The notes under the pieces are model-generated. The model ran no database searches. It was not told the origin of the DNA and worked only from the letters and a program-made list of their open reading frames with translations. A program made the position numbers and the translations under genes. This document shows, one piece after another, positions 46,684-55,705 of a DNA stretch of 64,000 nt. Source of the DNA: Acidimicrobiia bacterium (lineage in GTDB: Bacteria; Actinomycetota; Acidimicrobiia; Spongiisociales; UBA11373). How positions within the stretch are numbered: position 1 is the first letter of the stretch; every line of letters begins with the position of its first letter. Location: NCBI GenBank assembly GCA_040878325.1, contig JBBDMM010000010.1, positions 186,001 through 250,000 on the forward strand, given 5' to 3'.

Positions 46684-48033
46684 ATGGATTTGAACGCAAT
46701 CTTCAAGGCCTACGACGTGCGGGGGACCGTTCCGGATCAGCTCGACGACGAAGCCGCCCGGCGAATCGGGACAGCTTTCGCCGCTTTCGCCGCATCTGAA
46801 CGGATCGCGGTGGGGCGTGACGTGCGCACCTCTTCCCCCGTGCTGGCGGCCGCCCTCATCGAGGGAATCCTCTCGCAGGGCGTCGCCGTCGACGACATCG
46901 GGCTGGTGACCACCGACATGGTGTACTTCGCCGCCGGCGACCTGGACGAGCCCGGGGCGATGATCACGGCTTCGCACAACCCCAAGGGTTACAACGGCAT
47001 CAAGCTGTGCCTGGCGGCGGCGGCGCCGGTGGGCGTGGATACCGGGCTCATCGAGGTCAAGTCGCTCGCTGAGACCGACCTGCCGCCCGCGCTGGAAAGA
47101 GGGGAGGTACGGCAGGTCGACATCCTCGGCCGCTATATCGACCATCTTCTCGGGGTCGTCGACGCGGACTCGATCGGGAAGATTCGGGTGGCGGTGGACG
47201 GTGGCAACGGGGTGGCGGGGGTGGCGATTCCGAAGCTCTTCGAGCGGATCCCGGCCGAGCTGATCCCCTTGTTTCTCGAACCGGACGGCACGTTCCCCAA
47301 TCACCACCCCGATCCGCTGCGGCCCGAGAACCTGCGCGACCTGGAGGGCCTGATCGAGCGAGAGAAGGCGGATCTCGGGGTGGCATTCGACGGGGACGCC
47401 GACCGCGCATTCTTCATCGACGACCTCGGCAATCCGCTGCCGGGTAGCACTGTCACCGCCATGGTGGCGGCGTGGTTCCTCGGTCGAGAACCGGGGGCGA
47501 CCATCGTCCACAACCTCATCTGTTCGAAGGCGGTCCCGGAGACCATCGAGGCGCGGGGCGGGGTGCCCGTGCGGACCCGGGTCGGGCACTCATACATCAA
47601 GACCGTGATGAAAGAGACCGGCGCCGTGTTCGGGGGCGAGCACTCGGGTCACTACTACTTTCGTGACAACTACGGGGCGGATTCGGGAATCCTGGCACTG
47701 CTCGTGCTCCTCCGCCTCGTCAGCGAGAGTGGGCGGCGGCTCTCGGAAATCCGCTCCGACTTCGAACGCTACGCCCAGTCGGGCGAGATCAACATCGAAG
47801 TCGGCGACCAGGCGGCGGCGATCGAGGCTGTGGCCGTTGCTTTCGAGGGAGAGCAGGACCGGCTCGATGGCCTGACTGTCATGCTGGGCGACCGCTGGTT
47901 CAATCTGCGCCCCTCGAACACCGAGCCGGTGTTGCGACTGAATGTCGAGGCGCCGGACGAATCGGCGGTGGCGGCGCTGGTCGATCGGGTTGAAAGGCTC
48001 CTCGAGGAGGTATCACGTGTCGGTGCCGCGTGA
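46684..48033 (+). CDS. manB: Phosphomannomutase/phosphoglucomutase
   Basis: FKAYDVRG, TASHNP, FDGDADR, GGEHSGH, RPSNTEP. Confidence 0.95.
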   Translation: MDLNAIFKAYDVRGTVPDQLDDEAARRIGTAFAAFAASERIAVGRDVRTSSPVLAAALIEGILSQGVAVDDIGLVTTDMVYFAAGDLDEPGAMITASHNPKGYNGIKLCLAAAAPVGVDTGLIEVKSLAETDLPPALERGEVRQVDILGRYIDHLLGVVDADSIGKIRVAVDGGNGVAGVAIPKLFERIPAELIPLFLEPDGTFPNHHPDPLRPENLRDLEGLIEREKADLGVAFDGDADRAFFIDDLGNPLPGSTVTAMVAAWFLGREPGATIVHNLICSKAVPETIEARGGVPVRTRVGHSYIKTVMKETGAVFGGEHSGHYYFRDNYGADSGILALLVLLRLVSESGRRLSEIRSDFERYAQSGEINIEVGDQAAAIEAVAVAFEGEQDRLDGLTVMLGDRWFNLRPSNTEPVLRLNVEAPDESAVAALVDRVERLLEEVSRVGAA

Positions 48034-48196
48034 CTTGATGGACATTCTGCAGTGCCCGGCATGCCGCAGCAGTGTCGAAGAATCGGGCGACACGATCGTC
48101 TGCACGGGATGTGGGCTCGCCTACCCGGTGCGCGACGGCATCCCCCACATGCTGGTCGAGGAAGCGCAGCGCCCGACCGAGGAAGGTTCGAAATGA
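48017..48196 (+). CDS. Trm112-family protein
   Basis: LMDILQCPAC..CTGCGLAYPVRDGIPHML; GAGGAGG RBS. Confidence 0.9.
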   Translation: MSVPRDLMDILQCPACRSSVEESGDTIVCTGCGLAYPVRDGIPHMLVEEAQRPTEEGSK

Positions 48197-49173
48197 TGCG
48201 GGAGCTGATCGGCCAACTGCCAGAGCAGCTGCGGTGGGCCGCCGAGGTGGACCCCCCGGTGATGCCTTTCGCGGACGAGGGACTCGTTGTCGGCATGGGA
48301 GGCTCCGGCGTCGCGGGAGACATTGCCGCGGTGTTCGCCGAGGCCGCCGGTCGGCGCATCTCGGTTCACAAGTCGTACGGGCTACCGGGATGGGCTGCAA
48401 GCAGTAGGGCTCTCGTGGTCGCGGTATCCCACAGCGGCAACACCGAGGAGACCCGGTCGGGGGTCGAAGCGTCGATCGGTGCGGGGCTCCCCATCAGCGC
48501 AACCTCGACCGGTGGGGTTCTGGCCGCCCTGGCGGCGGAGTACGGCATCCCCCACCTGACGATCCCCGCGGGTCCCCAGCCGCGGGCCGCGGTCGGATAC
48601 CTGGCGGGTTCCGTGTTGCGAATGCTCGAGGCATCCGGGGTGGTCGGCGGTACCGCCACCGCCCTGCTCGAGGCCGCCGACGTCGTCGAGGCGCTCCTCA
48701 AGGGCGAAGCACAAGAGGAAGCGAAGAAGATCGCGTCCGGACTCAGCGGTCGAGTGGCCGTCGTATACGGGGGGACCGGTCTACCGGCCACTGCGGCAGG
48801 ACGCTGGAAGACGCAGATCAACGAGAACTCCAAGGCGCCGGCCTACTGGTCGGCTCTTCCCGAGCTGGATCACAACGAACTGGTCGGCTGGACCGCCCAC
48901 CCCGACCTGGGGAAGGACGCAGTGGGTGTCGTGTTCCTCTCCGATCGCGAAGATCACGAGCGGATATCACTCCGGGCGCAACTGACGCGCGATCTGATGG
49001 ACGGCGTCTCGGTGGCCGGTGAGGTCGTCTCCCGCGGCGAAGGGGTCCTCGCCCGGCTGTTTTCACTCATCGTCATCGGGGACCTGGTGTCGGTAGAGCT
49101 CGCCGAGCGCGCCGACATCGACCCGATGCCCGTCGTCGTGATAGAGCAGTTGAAGAAGAGGTTGGTGGAGTAG
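48193..49173 (+). CDS. Bifunctional phosphoglucose/phosphomannose isomerase (SIS domain)
   Basis: GMGGSG, SHSGNTEET, QPRAA, RWKTQINENSK, PELDHNE. Confidence 0.92.
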   Translation: MMRELIGQLPEQLRWAAEVDPPVMPFADEGLVVGMGGSGVAGDIAAVFAEAAGRRISVHKSYGLPGWAASSRALVVAVSHSGNTEETRSGVEASIGAGLPISATSTGGVLAALAAEYGIPHLTIPAGPQPRAAVGYLAGSVLRMLEASGVVGGTATALLEAADVVEALLKGEAQEEAKKIASGLSGRVAVVYGGTGLPATAAGRWKTQINENSKAPAYWSALPELDHNELVGWTAHPDLGKDAVGVVFLSDREDHERISLRAQLTRDLMDGVSVAGEVVSRGEGVLARLFSLIVIGDLVSVELAERADIDPMPVVVIEQLKKRLVE

Positions 49174-49268
49174 GGCCTCGCTGCCCGCTGCCCGCTGCCC
49201 GCAAGAGAAGACGCGTTCGAAGGGGGTTCACGCGTTCTGTCGAATTGCGAATTGCGAATTGCGAATCG
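49174..49268. repeat. Heptamer arrays (GCTGCCC)x3 and (CGAATTG)x3
   Basis: gctgccc x3 right after stop; cgaattg x3 at 49241. Confidence 0.88.
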
Positions 49269-49314
49269 CCCCTGGCGTCGGTGGGCGGTTCCCAGCCCGA
49301 TAACCTCTGAACCT

Positions 49315-50562
49315 ATGAACCATGACATCGCCGACATCGGGCTCGCCGACGCCGGGGCGCTTCGGGTCGAGTGGGCTCGCCGACGGATGCCGGTGCTTGC
49401 CTCGATCCGGGAGCGGTTCGAGCGGCAGCAGCCCCTCGCCGGAATCCGTATCGCCGCATGCCTCCATGTGACTGCCGAGACCGCCAACCTCATGGAGGTC
49501 CTCCGCGCCGGGGGGGCAGACGTGGCATTGTGCGCGTCGAATCCGCTGTCCACCCAGGACGATGTCGCCGCGGCGCTGGTTGCCGACGGCATTCCGGTGT
49601 TCGCCATCCGGGGGGAGGATGCCGACTCGTACTACTCGCACATCCGTGCTGTCCTCGACCGTGATCCGCATGTGACCATGGACGACGGCGCCGACCTGGT
49701 CACGATGCTGCTCAAGGAGCGCAAGGATCAGGAGCCGATCGGGTCGACCGAAGAGACGACGACGGGGGTCATCCGGCTGCGGGCGATGGAGAAGCAGGGC
49801 GTGCTGCGGTTCCCCGTGGTGGCAGTCAACGACTCGGCGACGAAGCATCTCTTCGACAACCGGCATGGCACCGGTCAGTCGGCCCTCGACGGAATCATCC
49901 GGGCCACCAACATCCTGTTGGCCGGCAAGACGGTGGTCGTAGTGGGCTTCGGGGACTGTGGCGCAGGCGTTGCCGCCCGCGCCGACGGTCATGGCGCCCG
50001 GGTCGTGGTGGTCGAGATCGATCCGGTGAGGGCGCTGGCTGCCGCCATGGAGGGTTACACCGTTGCCGATGCCGACGAAGCCGCCCGGGTCGGCGACATC
50101 TTCATCACGGTCACCGGCAACCGTCATGTGATCAGGGGACGGCACTTCGACGTGATGAAGGATGGGGTGGTGCTGGCCAACGCCGGTCACTTCGACGTCG
50201 AGATCGACCTTATCGAGCTCGAGAAGCGGGCGACCGGAAAGCGTCGAATTCGCCACGAGCTCGACGAGTGGACCATGCCCGACGGGCGACGGATCCACGT
50301 CGTGGCCGAGGGCAGATTGGTGAACCTCGGCGCAGCCGAGGGTCACCCCGCCGAGGTCATGGACATGTCATTCGCCAACCAGGCCCTCGCGGCAGAGTGG
50401 TTGGTGACCAGCGGCAAGGCCCTGGGATATGCCGTGCATCGGCTCCCCGAGCACATCGACGCCGAGGTGGCCACCATCGCCCTCAAGCGGTTGGGAGGCT
50501 CACTTGAAGTACTCACGCCCGAACAAGAGCAGTACCTGGCTTCCTGGGAGATAGGGACGTAA
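49315..50562 (+). CDS. ahcY: Adenosylhomocysteinase
   Basis: [58 protein letters not shown]. Confidence 0.97.
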   Translation: MNHDIADIGLADAGALRVEWARRRMPVLASIRERFERQQPLAGIRIAACLHVTAETANLMEVLRAGGADVALCASNPLSTQDDVAAALVADGIPVFAIRGEDADSYYSHIRAVLDRDPHVTMDDGADLVTMLLKERKDQEPIGSTEETTTGVIRLRAMEKQGVLRFPVVAVNDSATKHLFDNRHGTGQSALDGIIRATNILLAGKTVVVVGFGDCGAGVAARADGHGARVVVVEIDPVRALAAAMEGYTVADADEAARVGDIFITVTGNRHVIRGRHFDVMKDGVVLANAGHFDVEIDLIELEKRATGKRRIRHELDEWTMPDGRRIHVVAEGRLVNLGAAEGHPAEVMDMSFANQALAAEWLVTSGKALGYAVHRLPEHIDAEVATIALKRLGGSLEVLTPEQEQYLASWEIGT

Positions 50563-50568
50563 GAGGAC

Positions 50569-50672
50569 CTCGCTGCGCTCGGCCCGCTGCCCGCTGCCCG
50601 CTTCCCGCAAGAGCGCGCGAACGCGCCGGGACGCGATCTTGCCGGGGGCGGGCAGCGGGTAGCGGGCGGCCT
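50569..50672. repeat. Head motif plus inverted pair of (CCCGCTG)n heptamer arrays
   Basis: CTCGCTGCGCTCG, cccgctg x2-cccgctt-cccgcaaga ... tcttgcc-gggggcgggcagcgggtagcggg. Confidence 0.88.
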
Positions 50673-50676
50673 TCCC

Positions 50677-52461
50677 TTACGCGTCCGTCAGATCGAGCAC
50701 CGCGCCGTGCCTTGCCTTCGCTTCTTCCAACACTTCCGTGATCTCTCTCGTCACCAGTTCGTTGCGGTCCAGGAGGGCGTCGCGGAGGGCTTCGATCAGG
50801 TGGCGGTTGTCGCGCAGCAGGGCGGTGACCACCGCCTTCTGCTCGTCGAGCAGCGATTCGACGGCTGCGCGGGCCCGTTCATCACTGAGCACCCGAGAGG
50901 TCAGGTCACCGCCCACCAGTCCGGGATCTGCGGCACGGAGCGAGACCAGGGAGCCGCCCTGCCCCATCGATCCGACCATGTCGGCAGCCATCGTGGTGGC
51001 GGCAGCCAGGTCACCGGCCGGGCCGGTCCCCGACTCTCCGTAGAAGAGTTCCTCGGCGACCATCCCTCCGAGGGCGATCTGGATCAACGCCAGCGACTCT
51101 GTCTTGCGGCGGGTGTATCGCTCCTCGGTCTCGCTGTGGGCGAGAAGGCCGAGAGCATCCTTGCGCTTGACGATCGACAGCAGGTCGAGCTTCCGGCCGC
51201 GGCCCACCAGGTGGGCGACCACGGCATGGCCGGACTCGTGGACCGCGATCGTCTCGCGCTCCTCAGGGGTGTACTCCGTGGGCTCTGCCAAACCGACCTC
51301 GATGTCCATCCGGGCGCGCCGCAAGTCGTCGACACTCAGCCGGGATCGCTCGTCACGCATGGCGAACAGCAGGGCCTCGTCGAAGAGCCGCTCGAGCGAA
51401 GCAGGGGTGTAACCCATCGTCGACGCTGCCAGATCATCTCGGGCAGTGTCATCGAGCGAGAGATCGTGCGCCTTGCGTGACAAGAAGAAGTCGATCATCT
51501 CGCGGCGCTCGGGCCGTGCCGGGAGCCCGAAATGGAGGATCCGGTCGAACCGTCCCGGCCGCAGCAGCGCCGGGTCGAGCGCATCGGCGCGGTTGGTGGC
51601 TCCGATTAGAAGGATGTTGGCGTAGGCCGCGCTCCGCATCTTGATGTGCCGGTGGGGCGGCAGCAGGCGGTTGGCAAATCGGCGCCATGCATTCGAGAAC
51701 CGGATCGACCGGGGCGGGTCGTCGAAGCTCTGCATCTGGACCAGCAGCTCGTTGACGACGCCTCCGGTGCCTTCGGAAACTGTGGACCGCTCGACCGCAG
51801 TGGCGGCAGCGCGGCTCATGCCACCTCGGCGACCGCCGATCGCATCGAACTCCTCGATGAAGCCGATCGCTCCGCCCTCCTCTCGGGCGACCTTGCGCAG
51901 CTTGCGGAAGTAGGAGCGGATCTTCCGGGCCGTGGCGCCGTACCACATGCTCTGGAAGGCGGTGGACGAAACGAAGAGGAACGGGACTCCGGCCTCCTTG
52001 GCGAGAGCCTTGGCAGTGTGGGTCTTCCCGGTTCCCGGGGGGCCTTCGAAGAGGATTCCCCGGCGAGGTGCCCCGCCCATCTGATCGCGAAAGTGGCGGT
52101 GGTTGAGGAACACCTCGAGCGTGTGCCGCACCTCCACCAGCACCGGGCCGAGGCCCTTCACCTCATCGAACGAGACGTCGATCTGTTCGGGGAGATAGAC
52201 CACCTCCGGCGACCTTCCGTTCCCGAGCATCGGCAGCACGATCACGAGGCCGAGTACGAAGATCAGCACTACGCCGGGGAGCCAGAACGCCGCGTCCGGG
52301 GGGAGGTTGGGCCAACCGGGGGATACCGGGTTGCCGCCGGCGATTCGCAGCCACAGCCAGGCGACCAGCGGGCCGAGCACCCAGGCGATCCGCCGGAGCC
52401 GGCGCCGACGCTGTCGTTCGCGGGTGACCTGGACGTCGACTGCCATGCCTGCCTCGTTCAT
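50677..52461 (-). CDS. FtsH-like AAA+ metalloprotease paralog with minimal extracytoplasmic loop
   Basis: Two close TMs; GPPGTGKT; ATNRADALDPALLRPGRFDR; HESGH; LGG..AEE. Confidence 0.88.
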   Translation of the reverse strand: MNEAGMAVDVQVTRERQRRRRLRRIAWVLGPLVAWLWLRIAGGNPVSPGWPNLPPDAAFWLPGVVLIFVLGLVIVLPMLGNGRSPEVVYLPEQIDVSFDEVKGLGPVLVEVRHTLEVFLNHRHFRDQMGGAPRRGILFEGPPGTGKTHTAKALAKEAGVPFLFVSSTAFQSMWYGATARKIRSYFRKLRKVAREEGGAIGFIEEFDAIGGRRGGMSRAAATAVERSTVSEGTGGVVNELLVQMQSFDDPPRSIRFSNAWRRFANRLLPPHRHIKMRSAAYANILLIGATNRADALDPALLRPGRFDRILHFGLPARPERREMIDFFLSRKAHDLSLDDTARDDLAASTMGYTPASLERLFDEALLFAMRDERSRLSVDDLRRARMDIEVGLAEPTEYTPEERETIAVHESGHAVVAHLVGRGRKLDLLSIVKRKDALGLLAHSETEERYTRRKTESLALIQIALGGMVAEELFYGESGTGPAGDLAAATTMAADMVGSMGQGGSLVSLRAADPGLVGGDLTSRVLSDERARAAVESLLDEQKAVVTALLRDNRHLIEALRDALLDRNELVTREITEVLEEAKARHGAVLDLTDA

Positions 52462-52556
52462 GTGGAATCACACCCTAAGTTACCGAGAGTAGTGGCACAA
52501 CGCTTTGGGTAGTCGCGGTGGGGTCATTGTGATTCCGGGGCGGTGACTAGTTAGGG

Positions 52557-52701
52557 GTCGGCCGGCTGCGCCGGCCTCCGCGATGGGTCGGGCGTTGCCC
52601 GGCCGCGGTGATTGCGACACCCATCGCGGCCGGCCGCAGGCCGGCCTCTCGCGGCCGAGCGCAGCGAGGCCTATCTAGGGCCGCCCGGAGGGCGGCCCTA
52701 T
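52557..52701. repeat. REP-like multi-palindrome cluster with head motif on the minus strand
   Basis: ccgcgatggg...cccatcgcgg; CGAGCGCAGCGAG at 52656-52668; tagggccgcccggagggcggcccta. Confidence 0.75.
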
Positions 52702-52740
52702 CGCCCATTCGCGTCACACCGTTCGTAGATAGTGACCGCG

Positions 52741-53289
52741 ATGATCTGTCTCGCCTGTGCTGAAGTGGCGCGGGGATTGCTGTGCGGTCCGTGTGTCGGG
52801 ACGCTGGCGCCTTCCCCGGAGCAGCATCTCCGGGGCATCCTCGTGCGCTCGGCGTTCGCTCATTCGGGGGCGGCTCGTCGGCTGGTGCACCGTCTCAAGT
52901 ACGAAGGGCTGGTGTCAGCCGCCCGGCCGCTGGCGGCGGCGATGGTGCCCCTTCTCCCGGCGCACACGACCTGCCTGGTGCCGGTACCGAGGGTCAAGGC
53001 GCGAAGGTGGCGGCATGGCGTCGACCCGGCCACCGAGCTAGCCAGTGCGTTGTCGGAGATGACCGGCCTTCCGGTGGTCGTCGCGCTGCGACCGCTGGTA
53101 TGGGTTGCCCGACGAGCCGGACCGGCGGGGAGGCGACGGGGCACCCCCCGGTTCACCGCGACCAACAGACCCCATGCTGGCGGCGTCTTGGTCGACGATG
53201 TGGTCACGACCGGCACCACCCTCGGCATCGCCGCATCCGTGACCGGAGCGTGTCACGCGGTTACGGCGACCGCGGGACTTCGGCCCTGA
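52741..53289 (+). CDS. comF: ComF-family phosphoribosyltransferase-like protein
   Basis: CLAC..LCGPC, LKY.G, VPVP, LVDDVVTTGTT; start 52732 or 52741. Confidence 0.85.
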   Translation: MICLACAEVARGLLCGPCVGTLAPSPEQHLRGILVRSAFAHSGAARRLVHRLKYEGLVSAARPLAAAMVPLLPAHTTCLVPVPRVKARRWRHGVDPATELASALSEMTGLPVVVALRPLVWVARRAGPAGRRRGTPRFTATNRPHAGGVLVDDVVTTGTTLGIAASVTGACHAVTATAGLRP

Positions 53290-53455
53290 TTCTTCGGCGG
53301 TCCGAGGGTTACGATTGGTGCAGCCCCTGAGGGGGGAGCACGCAACCCGGAGGCCTGGGTGGCACGCAGACGGCCCCGCCGACGAGCTCGAGACTCGCTC
53401 GTGCGGCGCCTGCCCCTCGTTTCCCGTCCGACCATCGCCTCTGAAAGGAGACCCC

Positions 53456-54010
53456 GTGGATATCCGCGTCCATGCAACGAACATGAGCCTCTCGGACGAA
53501 TTGCGGGAAATGGCCACCGGGAAGGTGGAGCACGCCACCCGCGTCTTCGATGACGGCGAGTTCATCGATGTCGAGTTCTCGGTGGAGCGGAATCCGAGGA
53601 TTTCGGAAGAGAAGTACCGGGTGGAGATCACCTCGAAGGTGGCCGGTCAGGTGGTGCGCGTCGAGGCTGCCTCGTTCGAGGAGCGTGTCGCGCTCGATCT
53701 GGCGATCGACAAGTACGAGCGGCGCCTTCGGAAGCTGAAGGAGAGGATCATCACCCTCCATCGCCAGCCTCACGAGAAACGACTCAATGACGGCGGGGCG
53801 AGCGTCGAAGAACACAACGAAGACGAAAACGAACTTCGGATTGATCGTGTCAAGCGATTTGCGGTCAAGCCGATGACAACCGAGGAGGCGGCCCTTCAGA
53901 TGGAACTGCTTGGACACAGCTTCTATCTATTCCTCAACGCCGATACGGACCGATACGGGGTCCTGTATCGCCGGCGTGGGGGATCGCTCGGGCTGATTGA
54001 ACCAGAGTGA
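53456..54010 (+). CDS. hpf: Ribosome hibernation promoting factor, long form
   Basis: AIDKYERRLRKLKER; KPMTTEEAALQMELLGHSFYLF..VLYRR; AAGGAG RBS before GTG. Confidence 0.93.
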   Translation: MDIRVHATNMSLSDELREMATGKVEHATRVFDDGEFIDVEFSVERNPRISEEKYRVEITSKVAGQVVRVEAASFEERVALDLAIDKYERRLRKLKERIITLHRQPHEKRLNDGGASVEEHNEDENELRIDRVKRFAVKPMTTEEAALQMELLGHSFYLFLNADTDRYGVLYRRRGGSLGLIEPE

Positions 54011-54654
54011 CCAGTGTTCTCGTCGTAGACGACGTCGAGCTGTTTCGAACCGGCCTCGCGGCCGCGCTCGAGCGCGAAGGCTTCACGGTGGCCGGTGAGG
54101 CGAGCAACGCCGAGCGGGCCGTGTCGCAGGCCGAATCGCTGCAGCCCGACCTCGTGCTTCTCGACATCCTCATGCCGGGCATCTCAGGCCTCGACGTCGT
54201 AGAGAAGATCAGAGCCGTGTCGCCCCGCTCGAGCGTGGTCATGCTCAGCGCCAGTGAATCCGAGGAGGACCTCCTCGAATGCATCAGGGCTGGTGCCCGC
54301 GGCTACCTCGTCAAGGACGCCCCGTTCGGCGAGCTGGCGAGCTCGCTCCACTCCGTGGCCGCCGGCGGCGCGGCGATCTCCGGTCTCATGACCGGCAAGC
54401 TGCTCGACGTGCTGTCGCAACTCCTGCGCCACCAGGACTTCGTCGCCCCGCGCCGTCCCGCCCTCACCGGCCGCGAGATCGAGGTCCTCCAGCATGTCGC
54501 CAAGGGAATGACATCAAAGGAGATCGGGCGCGTGCTATTCATAAGCGAGAACACCGTGAAGAATCACGTGCGCAACATCCTCGACAAGCTGGGCCTCCAT
54601 TCCCGCAACGAGGCCGTGCTGTACGCGATTCGCGAGCACCTCGTCGAGCTGTGA
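54007..54654 (+). CDS. NarL/LuxR-family response regulator (no adjacent kinase)
   Basis: VVDD, LLDILMPG, GARGYLVK, LTGREIEVL, ISENTVKNHVRNILDKL. Confidence 0.94.
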   Translation: MTSVLVVDDVELFRTGLAAALEREGFTVAGEASNAERAVSQAESLQPDLVLLDILMPGISGLDVVEKIRAVSPRSSVVMLSASESEEDLLECIRAGARGYLVKDAPFGELASSLHSVAAGGAAISGLMTGKLLDVLSQLLRHQDFVAPRRPALTGREIEVLQHVAKGMTSKEIGRVLFISENTVKNHVRNILDKLGLHSRNEAVLYAIREHLVEL

Positions 54655-54655
54655 A

Positions 54656-55705
54656 ATGACCGATCAGTCGACCGCCACGACGGCTCCCGACACCACCGTC
54701 GATTGGAACGGGCAGCAATTCGAATTGGTTCGGGCAGTCTTCGACTCATCGTCGGCGGGCTCCACCGACTCCCTACTTCTCGAGCGGGTCCGCGCCGAGT
54801 TCCCGGGACGCGGTGACGACCTCCACGCCGGAGTCGGAGTGCTGCGGGATCTCCTTCGCATCGAGCAGCGCCCCGAACGATTCCGCCGGGTGCTACGGGT
54901 CTGGACCAGCAGGATCGCCAACGCGATTCGTCGCGGCGACTTCCACGCTGCCGGCACCTGGATGCGGGCGGTAACTGAGTCTCCCGTGTTTCCGAACGAC
55001 TTTGCGATCTACGTGGTTGAAGCGGTCCGTGAACTGTCGCGCGAGGAACTGCTCGAGGAGTTGGTCGTGAAGCTCGCCAAGGCCGGCGATCCTCCGGCAG
55101 CCGCCCCGTTGCTCATGGCCTGGGGCGAGCCGTTGGTGGAGTACCTCGTCGGTGGCATGGCCACCGATTCGCCGCCGGTGAATCGCCGCCACCTGGTGGA
55201 GTACCTCGGAATGGCGGGCCGTGCCGACGTCAGGCTGCTCACGCCTCATCTGCGCGACCCCCGCTGGTTCATCGTGCGCAACCTTGCCAGCGCGATCGGC
55301 CGCACCGGTCGTGAGACCGCAGTCCCGGCCCTCGAAGGGGTCCTCGAACATCCCGACGACCGGGTTCGGGTCGAGGTGATACGCGCCTTGACCGTTCTCG
55401 GAGGCGAGGACGGCATCGCTCCGGCGCTCAGGGCCCTCGGCGACGAGAGCCCGCGTGTGCGGCAGGCGGCCGTATCGCTGTTGCGGGCCTCGCCTAGCGA
55501 CTCAGTGGTCGACGGCGTGGCTTCCGTCCTCGAGTCGGGTTCGCACAGCGCAGATGACGCCCGGAGGCTCGTCGACGTGATCGCCGAACGGCGCTCGCCG
55601 GCCGCGCGCACCGCACTCGAGCGACTCGCCGGGAAGCGATCCGGGTTCGGCTCGGGGCGGACCGTGCGCGACGCCGCCAAGGCAGTGCTGGAGCGCATGC
55701 GATGA
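54656..55705 (+). CDS. HEAT-repeat protein
   Basis: LRDPRWFIVRN, LEHPDDRVR, LGDESPRVRQAA repeats. Confidence 0.85.
   Translation: MTDQSTATTAPDTTVDWNGQQFELVRAVFDSSSAGSTDSLLLERVRAEFPGRGDDLHAGVGVLRDLLRIEQRPERFRRVLRVWTSRIANAIRRGDFHAAGTWMRAVTESPVFPNDFAIYVVEAVRELSREELLEELVVKLAKAGDPPAAAPLLMAWGEPLVEYLVGGMATDSPPVNRRHLVEYLGMAGRADVRLLTPHLRDPRWFIVRNLASAIGRTGRETAVPALEGVLEHPDDRVRVEVIRALTVLGGEDGIAPALRALGDESPRVRQAAVSLLRASPSDSVVDGVASVLESGSHSADDARRLVDVIAERRSPAARTALERLAGKRSGFGSGRTVRDAAKAVLERMR

Noticed and set aside
49174..49314. SAH or SAM riboswitch upstream of ahcY
   Set aside because: No recognisable consensus; region is heptamer repeats plus a -10 element 8 nt from the ATG
53316..53455. Canonical full-length raiA motif RNA
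   Set aside because: Region is shorter than the ~200-nt motif and I could not find its conserved segments; kept only as an unassigned structured leader
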